Source of the DNA: the human T2T-CHM13v2.0 reference genome, Homo sapiens
NCBI RefSeq assembly: GCF_009914755.1
Contig: NC_060931.1
Length of the DNA: 64,000 bases
Strand: one strand, 5' to 3'
The notes below the pieces were generated by a model. It had not been told where the DNA came from. It did not search any database and saw only the letters and a list, made by a program, of their open reading frames with translations. Every line of letters starts with the position of its first letter. Within the stretch, counting starts at the first letter, position 1. Position numbers and translations under genes: made by a program. Positions 1 through 15,727 of this stretch are shown piece by piece.

Positions 1-477
1 ATTATCTTGAGTGAAAAAAAAAAAAGCCAATCTCAAAAGGTCACATACTGTATGATTCCATTTATGTAATATTGTCAAAATGACAAAATTATGGAGATGG
101 TTACCCAGGGTTAGGATGATGAGAGGGAAGAAAGTAGGTGTGACCAGAAGAGTAGCTTGGAGATATTTCTAGTGATGCAATAGTTCTTTATCTTGATTGC
201 AAATCTACATATATGTAAATCTTGATTAAATCTATACAAGTGATAAAATGGCCTAGAACTATACATACATTGTGCAAATTTCTATTTTCTAGTTTGATAC
301 TGTACTGTACTCATGTAAAATATAATCATTGGGGAAAATGGGTGAAGGATACATAGGACTTCTTTGTACTTTTTTTTTTTTTTGCAACTTCCTGTGAATC
401 TATACTTATTTTGAAATAAAACGTTTTTTAAAAGTACAACAGAGCAAAAAACAGAGCTCTTAAAAATTAAAAACATG

Positions 478-780
<303 letters not shown>

Positions 781-1218
781 AAAATTAAAAACATGATGGC
801 AGAAATTAAAAACTAAAATGAAGGATTGGAAGATAAAAATTAAATCTCCCAAAGGGAGCAGAAAGACAAAGATGAGGGAAACAGGAGATGAAAGTTACGA
901 AAATCAGAGAACCAGTCATATAGGTTATCTATATGAATACAGAACATCAGAATAATGAATTCAAGAAAAAGAGGATGGAGAAAATAGGAGAGAGAAAGTT
1001 AAGAAAATTTTCAGACTAAAAAGACATAAATTTCTGGTGCCTATCAAAATGAGTGAAAATATAAATATCTTTGTAAAGTCACACTGGGGACAAAAAAAAA
1101 AAGGTTCCACAAGCTTCCTGAGAGGAAAATTCAGTCACGAAGCAAGAGAATGGCTTTGGACTTCACAACAACACAAGACACTAGACCACTAAGCAATGTT
1201 TTGCAAGATGCTGATGAT

Positions 1219-1533
1219 GGCCAGGTGTGGTGGCTCACACCTGTAATCCTAGCACTTTGGGAGCCCAAGGCAGGATTGCTTGAGCCCAGGAGTTCAAGAC
1301 CCTCTTGGGCAACATAGGGAGACCCCATCTCTATAAAAAATACAAAAAAATGAGCTGGGCACGATGACACACACCTGTGGTCCCAGCTACTCAGGAAGTG
1401 GGAGAATCATTTGAGCCCAGGAGGTCAAGGATATAGTGAGCCATGTTTGTACCACTGCACTCCAGCCTGGGTGACAAAGCAAGACTGTCTCAAAAAAAAA
1501 AAAAAAAAAAAAAAAAAAGAAAAAGAAAAAAAA
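1219..1533 (+). mobile_element. AluJ
   Basis: Dimer with long A tail; TSD AAGATGYTGATGAT. Confidence 0.9.
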
Positions 1534-2005
1534 AGATGTTGATGATTTTCAACCAATAATTCTATACTCAGCCAAACTCACTGGCAAATAAATGTTAAGG
1601 TAGAATAAGAATATTTTTAGACATGCCTAACATTTTAGACATAAATTTTTAAAACTATTTCTTATGAATTCTTTCTTAAGAAACTACTAGAAGTTGTGCT
1701 CTATTCAAACAAGAGAGTAAACTGGGCATCTTTGTCTCGGGCACAAACATAACCACACGGAACATACTTGCTCCTCTTCCCCCACACTCCTAAAACTATT
1801 CCTCCTTTTCGTTCTCCCATATTCTTGATCTCACTCATGGCGCCAGCACCAATGAGTAGTCTAAGCTGAGACTTAAGTCACCCATCACGCATCTCTCAAA
1901 GCTAATCAGGAAGTATTGATGATTTTGCCCCCGTAAATATTTATCCTCGATTCCATCCCTAGTTCAATGGCCTTAGTTTAGATCTCTATCAAAATAGTAA
2001 CTATT

Positions 2006-2332
<327 letters not shown>

Positions 2333-2741
2333 TCATTTCCAGTCCTGGAGCCTCCTCAAACCCATCTTCCACAATGTAGCTACAGCCATCTGCCTAAAAT
2401 GCAAATCTGACCATGTCACTCCTTTAATAACTCAAAAAATTTCTCAAATCCTGACCAGCAGACAAGATAAATATGTGGCAAACTGCCATTCTCCTCACCT
2501 ATCTCTCCCACCCCCATGATACACAATATTAACATTTTTATTAATATTTTGATAGACAAATCATAACTTTATACATTTATGGGGTACAATTTGATGTTTT
2601 GGTATATACACACACACACAATGTGGAATGATTAAATCAAATTAACATATCCATCAACCCACTTATCTTTTTTTTGAGGTGAGATATTTGAAATTTACTC
2701 TCATAAAATATACAATTTACTCTATTTTGAAATCTACAATA

Positions 2742-3135
2742 TAGTTGAACTTTGGACAACATGGGCTTGAACTGTGCAGATCCACTTATACCCAGATTTT
2801 CTTCTGCCTCTGTCACCCCTAAGGCAGCAAGACCAACCCCTCCTTTTCCTTGCCCCTTAGCAATGAAGACAATTAGGATGAAGATGTTTATGATGATACA
2901 CTGCCACTTAATGAATAGTAAATATATTTTCTCTTCCTTATGATTTTCTTAATAATAATCTTTCCTCCAGCTTACTTTAAGAATTCAGTACATAATACAT
3001 ATGAGATACAAAATATGTTAATCAAGTGTTTCTGTTATCAGGAAGCCTTCCAGTCAATAGTAGGCTATTAGTAGTTAAGTTTTTTTTGCAGGGGGGAGGG
3101 GAGTAAAAAGTTGTACATGGATTTTCTACTGGGGG
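2742..3135 (+). mobile_element. Tigger2-like DNA transposon nested in an L1MA 3' fragment (~2535-3355, minus)
   Basis: Tigger2-type left end agttgaactttggacaacatgggcttgaactg. The L1 sequence resumes after it. Confidence 0.7.
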
Positions 3136-3679
3136 TTATGAGTCTGCTGTAATTATTATTAACTATAGTCACCATGCTGTGCCAGAGATCTCAAAAACTA
3201 TTCCTCCTGTTTAACTGTAACTTTGTGCCCTTGGATCAACATCTTCCCATTTCTGCCCTCCTTCCCCCCACCCTCCAGGCTCTGGTAACCACCATTTTAT
3301 TCTCTACTTCTATGAGCTGGACTTTTTAAGATGCCACGTATAAGTGAGATCATGCAGCATTTAGACATTACCAATTGACCATGGCTCTCTTGCAGGGCTT
3401 AGACTCAGCCTTACAGCTTTCTCAGCCTAGTACCAGGCAGCCACCAAGAGATGAAACAGTTACAACTCCTATTTGGGATAAAGGCTAAGAACCTCAGCAA
3501 GGCAGAGAAAGCCTGGACTCCTACAGGGGCCTGTTCTGAGTTCACACACTCCTTACCTTCACTTGGGCTGTTCTACCCGGGATGATGCTTCACCTGGCTA
3601 ATGAATGGCCTTGCCACCCCTTCCATCTCCACAACCCTTCTCTCACTCCCTCAGTTGAGTACTACCTATTTTCTCGTAA

Positions 3680-4138
<459 letters not shown>

Positions 4139-4664
4139 TGAAACTGCCACAAATGCAGCAGGGGACTAGCGGTGAAACAGATGAAGAAACTGAAGGGTCC
4201 TATGGAGAGAGGGGTAAGCCTAATGTCCTATTTTGCCCGTTTTCCAAAGGTTTGGTCAGCTTACTCCTGCTCTTCCTGTATCCCCACAATCAGAGATGCT
4301 GGCTGGCTTTCAACACGTGCCATTAGTGTGCAGCGCTTCCTTTGTCTTTTCTGTTTTGTAACTGTCACTCCGAGACTGTAAGCCATTTGAGGGCAAGGGC
4401 TGTGTCTTTGGGTACTTCGCTCCTCGCAGTCACAAGTACTGGCGTGCGTACGCGGGGAGAGATCGCTCCTCAAAACGGGGTCCTGAACGCTGCCCCGCGG
4501 CCCCCAAGCCCGGCCCGCCCCGCCCCTGCATCCCGACCCCTCCTCACGCCGGCCCCTTCCCGCCTTCCGGGCGGCGGAAGTCGCTGGCTGCTCTTCCCTG
4601 CCCACATGAGCCTTTTCCGGTGCGCCCGCCCCCTCCGGCTCTCCGGCCGAGACCTGGCCCTCAC

Positions 4665-4697
4665 CTCAGGGTTCCCAATGTGCCTCCGGAGGGACAT
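4665..4697 (-). CDS. CEP41: CEP41 coding exon 1 (MSLRRHIGNPE); the gene continues off the left edge of the window
   Basis: ATG at 4697-4695 on minus, 11 codons, then GAG|GTGAGG donor. N-terminus recognised as CEP41; lies in a CpG island. Confidence 0.93.
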
Positions 4698-4892
4698 ATT
4701 TGCTCCAACCGACCACGTTCGGGGTTCTAGCCTCACGGGTTGCCTCTAACCCTAGCTTCCTACCCCCACAACCTTGTTCAGCCGCCTCCCTATACCCTCT
4801 TCTCCGATTGGCCCGTCTTCCCCGGCCGGCCAATGGGGGCCCCGTTTACTCTCTCATCTCAGGGTCGCAGAAGGGCAAGACGCCGCTCAATG

Positions 4893-4907
4893 GTTGCCAA
4901 GGGCAAC
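4893..4907. promoter_or_regulatory. RFX X-box GTTGCC-AAG-GGCAAC
   Basis: Palindromic half-sites matching GTNRCC-N(0-3)-RGYAAC, upstream of a ciliary gene. Confidence 0.7.
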
Positions 4908-6911
4908 GCGGGACGCCGGCTAGCGAGGCCTTTTGTTCTCTGGGCTGGGGCTCGCCGGCTCCAGCCTTAGGGCGGGAAGAGAGGCGCGGGGGGAGGGGAA
5001 GGCTGGCGCCTGCGCAAAGCCGGGGGCGGGGGCAGTGGCTTGAGAGCCGGGACAAAACACGAGTTTTAGCTAATGTGGAACCATAAATACAACACAAGAC
5101 TCCCCATCCCCCAGCTCCGTTTTATGGCCGTTTCAACCAAACATCTGGGCTACTGATTCCACAACAGGGAATATTATATGGGCCAGGGTTGTTCAGCAGA
5201 AATGGGAGAGTATGGTTTATTATTTTCTGGTTAAGTTAATATGCGAATTATGCAAAATACATGGGTAAATACAGTAATTATCGGTGCTTTAAAAGCTTTT
5301 AGGCTAGCTATAGAGCGACATCCTTAATTGCAAAGCACACGCGCTATTCTGTGGTTCATCGTTCATTTAACAAATACTTAATAAGCACCTTATGAGAAAA
5401 GCTGCAGTAGGTCTTGTGGAGAATGGGAGGATGACTAGGACCCAATCCCGTCGTCATGGAAACCATTGTGACTCCTGCCACCAGCCACCACCTGTTCCCA
5501 TTCCGGATCTGAAAATGAAGTCCTAGCACCTTTACAAAACAATTACACACACAGTTTGACTTGGCTCCTAAATGTCCCACCAAATCCATCAAAATTATTA
5601 TTTCCTTTTACATGAAAGGAACAACACAGTAACCCTTTGTCCTTTGCTCTAAGTTGTTTTTCCAGGAATGGAGAAAGGTTACTCTGAGCAGTTCATACTC
5701 GCCAGTTGTCTGTTAGTGAATAATAGCACACATTTGAGCTACTTCAGGGTCTGTGAGATGACCCATTCAACAACATGGCCTCACATGCCCTTGTTCTCTT
5801 AGGCACTTCAGCAACCCAACCTTAGGGCTACACCTTGGATCATGTTGCCAGTCAGTGCTGCTTGACCAGAATTTTGAATTCTGGCCACAGCTGCTTCTTG
5901 GACTTTTCATGTCACTCTTTCATGTTTATTAAGTTTTGTCTTAATTTCCATAATCTTTGCCAGTTCTTTAACCCCTCTAAAATTCTCAGTCTCTCACTCC
6001 TCTGCTAAGGAAGGGTTTGAAGGCTGCAAAAAATTGGAAGGAGGCAGAGGGAAGAATGTTAATCTAGAAGCTTTTGCATAGCAAGCAGAAACTTCTAGAT
6101 TCATTAGTATTTAGAATGTATGCTTACCTGGTGCACCTTGTGGGTAACCATAGAGATTATGGATAGAATAACGGGAAAGGAGAGAGGGAGATGATAGGGG
6201 ACTACACTCAGAGGTGGTGAGAAAGACAGAAAAGGAGAGATTTAAAGACGTGTAGGTAAAATCAATAGTATACATGAGAAGAGGTAAGGGGTGCAAGGAA
6301 TAGAAATTCATCAAAGATGGCTATAGTTTCTCTAACTTGAGGAACTGAGTAGATGGGCGATAATGCATTAATCAAGTTAAAGAACAACAGTCAAAAAGCC
6401 AAAACAGCAGAAAGTACAAGTAGGTCCAACAGTCCATTCAACTTCCATTCTTCAGTGTTTTGGCTCACTTCTTTGTACGGTTGTCTCTCTTTTGTTCCAG
6501 AGAACATCTGGTTTACTTGCCTCACTAGTCATCGTGGTTGTCACATTTGGACTGCACAGGAAGCATTATAGAGAGATTATAGAACCCGGCTGGTTCTTGG
6601 ATCCAACTGACTGTGTGTCTGTGTGTCTGGGTGGGGTAATTTAAATACATGTTCCCTCCCCAATCCCTCAATTCTGATTCTGGCCGGCGGGTGGGGAGCG
6701 GGGGGTGTTGTGGTCCAAGGAGACTCTCCTTTAAAAGAGTCACCCCTTTCCTTCACATTTGGCCTCAATGGAATCCTTGGAAAGCTTAAAGCTATAAACC
6801 AAAAGACTTTTAACATCATGTATTTCTCTTTAGGATTCCTTTTGGATCCTGCTATGCCAAAACTGGATCAAAACGAACGCCAAGTGCTTACTTTGAAAAA
6901 ATAGGCAAATG

Positions 6912-7035
6912 GTGGTGGCAATGGCTCACGCCTGTAATTCCAGCACTTTGAGAGACCAAGGCAGGAGGATAACTTCAGGCCAAAAATTCAAGACCAGCCT
7001 GGGCAACACAGTGAGACCGTGTCTCTATTTGTAAA
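6912..7035 (+). mobile_element. FLAM / Alu left monomer
   Basis: Monomer; TSD AAAAAATAGGCAAATGGT. Confidence 0.8.
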
Positions 7036-7107
7036 AAATAGGCAAATGGTACAAAATGATAACTGATAAAAGAAAAACATCCAATAAACATATCAAAAAA
7101 ACACAGA

Positions 7108-7475
<368 letters not shown>

Positions 7476-9805
7476 TTAGTGCTGGCTAATGATTCATGAA
7501 ACAACATGATCACATATTGTTAGTGCGAATATAAAGGAGCATGATCATTTTGAAGAATAATTTGAGAGTAGGTATTGAGAAGTCCTCAAATCTTAATATG
7601 CTAAGAATTCCTCCTAAGGAAATAATTGGACAAATGTACAGACATTACATCCATAGATGTTTACTGGAAGTATATTTAAAATGATAAAAATTGAAACAAT
7701 CTAATTGATCATCAATTTAAAAATGATTAAAATAAATGCTGGCATATCTATACAAAGTAATCTTATGGAATCATTTAAAAGTATGTTTCAAGGCATAATT
7801 AAGGCAGTGGAGAACTGTTCCTGATACAGTAGATGAAAAGAGCAAGAAACAACTTTTTATTTAATATAATCCTGATTTGCATGGAGAAAAATACAGGTAT
7901 CTGCAGAGAAAAATTGAAAGCAAAATCAAAAATATAAACCATCTTTGGATTATGGAATGTGGATATTTGTTTTATTCTTTATACTTTTATGTATTTCACA
8001 AATTTTCTTCATTGACTGTGAATTAATTTTATAATTTAAAAATTACATTCTCCCTCTAAGAAACAAAAAACCTGATGTTGACTTCAGCCTGGAAACTGTC
8101 TATGGCTTTTGTGTGGGCTGATTTAGACTGAAGCTGAATTCTGAGTAATTCCTCTATCTGAAGTGCCGCAGTTCTTGGCAGTAAAAGACTCTCCAGGCAC
8201 TTTAGTAAGAGTCTTGCAATCAAAGTCGTGATTGCTAAGAGGTTCAAGCTTTGTTTGTAAGAGAAGAAATTCTGATTCTTTTCTTTAAAAGTTCCTACTT
8301 CCACTGATTAATCTTATTTTTCTCAAAGTTAGAAGTGCTCTTGCGAACTTCCATTTGTTTGATGTCTTCTTTTTAACCCTCTATGTGTTCCAAAAAGCTT
8401 TTATTCTCTGCAGAGCTGGTAGAAGCTCTAGATAGCTAAGTGTGGCTGGTTTAGGGCTATTTTGTGTTTTAGGTGCTCGTTTCCCTTCCCCTGGAACTAA
8501 ATGGGCATTTTGGTGTCCAGCAGGCTGGCCCTCTCTTGAACCGAAAGCCCTCTGGACCTTCTCCCATTCTGAATCCCTCTCTTCCAACCTCACAACCCCC
8601 AAAGAACTCTCCACTCCCACCCTCAGCGCTCAAGCCTGATCTCCTAACTGCAGCCCAACACCCTCCCCTCAGACCTGTCTCATGATGTTACTTCTCTGAT
8701 GTGGGCCTTGGCTCCTTCCCTTGGCTTCATTTACCCTCATTCCCTAAATGACATGCAATTCCAGATGCTTCTGGAACAATTCTGCCTAATCCAGTCCAGA
8801 CCCGGGGTCCTTCCCCTGGCCTCCAGAAATGGAACTACACCTGAGGCAGTGAACCCACAGATCTGCAGGTCCCACTCTGCAATGAAGTCCCTGCAATTGT
8901 GGTAGCAATTTGATTTCATTCCACCTAGTGGCAGAATGTGTCCGAGGGAGGGACATACCAGCCTCTGAGTGGAGGCCTGGCCCTTGCCTGCCTCCAGCTT
9001 AGGCTAGAGTTGAAGTACTTGGCCTGAGCCCAAAGGGCTCAACCATCCCTATGGCCCCTTGCAGAGGAATAATAACTACCTCCCAGAATTTCTTTGGGAC
9101 CATCACAGGCTGTGTTACTTTCTGATGAAACGAGGAAATTGGCATCCTGGTTGCTTGATGGGGTTGGCATTCTCACCTAGGCAGTTCTGGAGCCACCTCT
9201 GTGGGCCACATGGAACTCCTGGCTGTGGCAGAAGAGATGCATGATGGCCCTTCCAGCAAGATTCAAGACCTCTTTTACCATCTGTGAGCAAACCCAGTGC
9301 ATTTGGTTGTCACATGCCATGATCTGGTTTCTGGCGTGGGATTTGCATAGAACAATGCTCTGCCACAGACTTAGTTCCAAGGGGGCTCTTGAACTGACCT
9401 GGGTCTCAGAACGGTCTGCCCCCAGGGGATGAAGGAGGAATCAGTGTTGAGAGGTACCTGTCTCGCTCTGGCACAATGGACAACTGGCGAGCCTGTGCCC
9501 TGCGAAGAGGCCAGTAAATGTGGATCAACTGTGTCAGATATTCACATTTCTTAAAATAATCCAGAAACCTAGGTTTTCATGTGAAACCTATGGGCCATTA
9601 ACTTGTAGTCCCTATGCTAGATGCTGCAAATGTAATTCCTGTCCTTCCTGGTTCTTAAATAATCCATATCATACCCATAGTAAAAACAAAAACAAAAACC
9701 ATATTAATGGAGTTCTGCTTTGATTTAGGATGTAAAAAGTTGCAAGGGAACATCACTCCTATCCTAAAATAAGAAAAATGAATAGCCTACAAAATCATAA
9801 GTTTC

Positions 9806-10097
9806 CTTTTTTTTTTTTGAAACAGAGTCTTGCTCTGTCACCCAGACTGGAGAGTACAGTGGCATGATCTTAGCTTACTGCGATCTCTGCAGGTTCAAGT
9901 GATTCTCCTGCCTCAGCCTCCCAAGTAGCTGGGACTACAGGTGCCCACCACCATGCCTGGCTATTTTTTGTATTTTTAGTAGAGATGGGGTTTCGTCAAG
10001 TTGGTCAGGCTGGTCTCAAACTCCTGACCTCAGGCGATCCACCTGCTTCAGCCTCCTAAAATGCTGAGATTACAGGCCTGAGCCACTGCACCCAGCC
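9806..10097 (-). mobile_element. AluS
   Basis: Reverse dimer; TSD AAAATCATAAGTTT. Confidence 0.9.
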
Positions 10098-10340
10098 AAA
10101 ATCATAAGTTTTCTTGTATTCTTCAGAGAGTTGAGATCACAAAGCAACCACATAATGTAATTCCAAAAGTAACAAGCCCCACTGAGAACAGAAGAGATAC
10201 ACAAACAGTTTCACATTTGGCAGAGCACTAGGGGAAAAGGTAACCATCATAGAAGTGGGGAAGAAGAAATCAGCTCAAATTTTCACTAATCCTAAAGGCT
10301 GAGTTTGGGCTAGTGGATCAGGTTAGAATGACTGGAAGCC

Positions 10341-10703
10341 TGTGACAGCTAATTTTATGTGTCAGCTTGGCTAGGCCGTGGTACCCATGTATCTGATCAA
10401 ACACTATTCTAGATATTTCTGTGAAGGTATTTCAAAAGACGAGATAACATTTAACTCAGTTGATTTTGAGTAAAGCAGATTACCCTCTATATGTGGGTGG
10501 GCCTCATGAAATCAGTAGAAGTCCTCAGGAGAAAAGAGACTGATCTCCTCCAAGGAAGAGGGAGTTCTGCCAGCAGACCGCCTTTGAACCCTTCCCTGGT
10601 TCTCCAGCCTGCCAGACTACCTACCCTGCAGATTTTGGACTTGTCAGCCTCTATAATTGTGTGAGCCAATGAACCAGTTCTTTGAAATAAATCTTCCTCT
10701 CTG

Positions 10704-10742
<39 letters not shown>

Positions 10743-10790
10743 TTACCCTATTGTTTCTGTGTTTCTGTTTCTCTGGAGAACCCTAATACA
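10341..10790 (+). mobile_element. MLT2 (ERVL) solo LTR with internal (AC)n
   Basis: TG...CA termini, MLT2-type 5' end, near-TSD AAGCC/GAGCC. Confidence 0.8.
10707..10738. repeat. (AC)16 microsatellite
   Basis: Read directly. Confidence 0.95.
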
Positions 10791-12704
10791 GAGCCCCAGA
10801 CACAAGGGGAATTTATGTTTACTTGTTGCAGTGTCTTCTCCAGCAGTGTCCACTGAGTGCTCAAAAGAAAGATGGGGGCGAGATAGGAGACCAGAGAGAG
10901 TCCCCCTTGGTGGTGTACATTTGCAGGACGTGACTTGCTGCTGCTTCTGAAGACAGTCACAAACCACCACCCATATTCTATGACCCTTCTCTTATTAAAG
11001 GGCTTTAAGGGAGGGGCAGCAGCCTCCCAGGATCACCAGGGGAGGGGTAGAAGCTAAACTTGGGAAAGGAAAAGAAATCATCCTTTGTGCTCTCATGATA
11101 TCAGTAAATATCTAATGCTTCAGTGGGAGGGCAGAAGTAAAAGCTATTTGCTTCTGGGGTGGGGGTGGGAGGGTCAAAAAAACCTCTTGGGTCCAAGAAC
11201 CTGAACCAATATAAAGTAGAGATAGACTACCTATGGGAGAGATACAGGTAAAAGTCTTCTGCCCAAGGTCCACCAAAGATACAAGGCAGAGTTTGGCTAC
11301 CGTGGGGCAGGTGAGGGGAGGAGGATAGGAATTTGAGAAGGTCCCATCCCCCAAGCCCAGGTGCGTAGGCCTTGCCTAAGACTAAGGCTGGACTAGGAGA
11401 TACAAGAATCACTACCTGGCTAAGCAACAACCCTGGCAACAAGTAGCAAGCAACAAGAGTCTATTGCTGAAGTGGAGGCAATACTATGGAGAGAAAACCC
11501 CACTCAACAGTACAGGTATGCAGGTACTGCTGAAAGCTGATGACAGAACAGGAATACTGAGAAAAACTCTCCACTCACCACACTAAGCACAAGATAATGG
11601 CACTTTCTGGTGCACTAAGGTTAGTGATAGCAAAAACATAACTCAGTCATAGCTCAACTGCTAACTAGATTAACTCAACCCTCCACAATACTAACTTAAC
11701 AAAAGAAAGAGCATGGCCATTTCCAGGTATAACTATTTACCTCATCTCTCCTGGCTTGTACACATGATGTCCAGCATTCAATAATAAATTATAATACAAA
11801 AAAAGAAAATAAAAACAAGACAGAGAGAGAAAGAGAGAAGAGAAGAGAGAAAAAGCTTATTGTCAAGAGATAAAACAACCAACAGGACCAGGCTCAACAG
11901 AACCAGGCTCACCAATAAGGATACATAAGACAGGGATTTTAAAATAACTATCACTAATATATTAAAAGATCTAGCAGAATAGAAAATACATAGGAACATA
12001 TGGGTAATTTGGAGAATAGATAGAAACTATAAAAAAAGTAAATGTGACAAATAAACACAACATCAAAAATGAAGAATCCTTGTAATAGGATCATCAGCAG
12101 GCTGGACATAGCTGATGAAGAAATCAATGAACTTGAAGATAGTATGATAGAAATGATCACAAATGAAACAAAGAGGAAAAAGTTGAGAAGGAAGTTACAG
12201 AACTCATCATTTAAAAACTGGAGAACAATATGAAGGAGAGGACAGAGAGGCAATAGGGGAGAGGAAATATTTAAAGATATAATGGCCAAGAATTTTCTAA
12301 AATTGATGAAAGATAAGGAACTACAGATCCGAGAAATTCAACAGCATAAATACAATAGAATGGAACAAAATCAAAATAAAATTTACCTATACACTCATTA
12401 TAGTCACAGTGACAAAAACCCAAGATACAGAAAAAATCTCAATGGCAGCTAGAGAAAAAAAGAAGTATTATATACAGAAGAACAAAGATAAAATTACAGC
12501 AAACTTCTAGAACCTTAGTTGTACAAAACAGAAAACAATGGAGGGACATTTTTAAGTGCAGAAAGAAGAAAAAGAGTCAATCTTTAATTATATACCCAAG
12601 GCAAATGTCTTTTAAAAATGAAGATGAAATAAATTTTTTAGATAAAAATTGAGAGAATTCATTGCCAATAGACTTGTATTACACAAAATGTTGAAGGAAG
12701 TTCT

Positions 12705-13950
<1,246 letters not shown>

Positions 13951-14206
13951 CTAAAACTAGAAAACATAAGGAGAAATCTTTACAACACTGGATTTTGCAA
14001 TGAATTCTTAAATATGACACCAGAAACACAGGCAAGAAAGAAAAAAATAGATGAATGGGACATAATAAAAATTTAAAATGCTTATGCTTTGAAGAACGCC
14101 CTCAAGAGAGTGAAAAGATAACCCACAGAATATGAGAAAATATTTGCAAATCATTTATCTGATAAGCAATTAATATCCAGAATATATAAAGAATTTCTAA
14201 AACTCA

Positions 14207-14645
<439 letters not shown>

Positions 14646-14716
14646 AAGAAATGCAAATGAAAACCGCAATGAGCTACCACTTCATATCCAGTAGGATGGT
14701 TATTACATTATTATTA

Positions 14717-14739
14717 GAAAGAAAGAAAGAAAGAAAGAT

Positions 14740-14794
<55 letters not shown>

Positions 14795-14796
14795 AA
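14717..14796. repeat. (GAAA)n tetranucleotide STR with one GATA interruption
   Basis: Read directly. Confidence 0.95.
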
Positions 14797-15254
14797 ACCA
14801 GTGTTGGTTAGAATGTGGAGAAGTTGGAACCCTTGGGCATTGCTGGTGGGAATATAAAATGGTGGGCTGCTGTGGAAAACAGTTTGGTGGTTCCTCAAAA
14901 ACTTAAATATAGACTTACTAGATGACCCAGCAATTTCACTCCTCAGTGGTATATACTCAAAATACTTGAAAACAGAGACTCAAACAGAAACTTGTCCACC
15001 AATGTTCATAGCAGCATTATTCACACTAGTTAAAGGTGGAACCAACCCAAGTGTCTATCAACTGATGAATGGATAAGCAAAATATAGTATATATGTATAA
15101 TGAATATTATTCAGACATAAAAAGGAATGAAGCTCTGAAACATGCTGTAACTTGCATGAACCTTAAAAACATGCTACATTACATAAGCCAAACAGAAAAG
15201 GGAAAATGTGTGATTTTACTTATGCGAGTTATCTAGAATAGGCAAAGTCATTCA

Positions 15255-15727
<473 letters not shown>

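Larger units (their letters stand above)
4400..5060. promoter_or_regulatory. CEP41 CpG-island promoter
   Basis: High GC/CpG. CCAAT boxes at 4807-4811 (ATTGG) and 4830-4834, ETS motif CGGAAGT 4575-4581, GC boxes ~5021-5032, X-box 4893-4907. Confidence 0.88.

Noticed and set aside
5492-5604. Possible further minus-strand exon near CEP41
   Set aside because: Weak acceptor and donor and no preferred frame; not distinguishable from chance.
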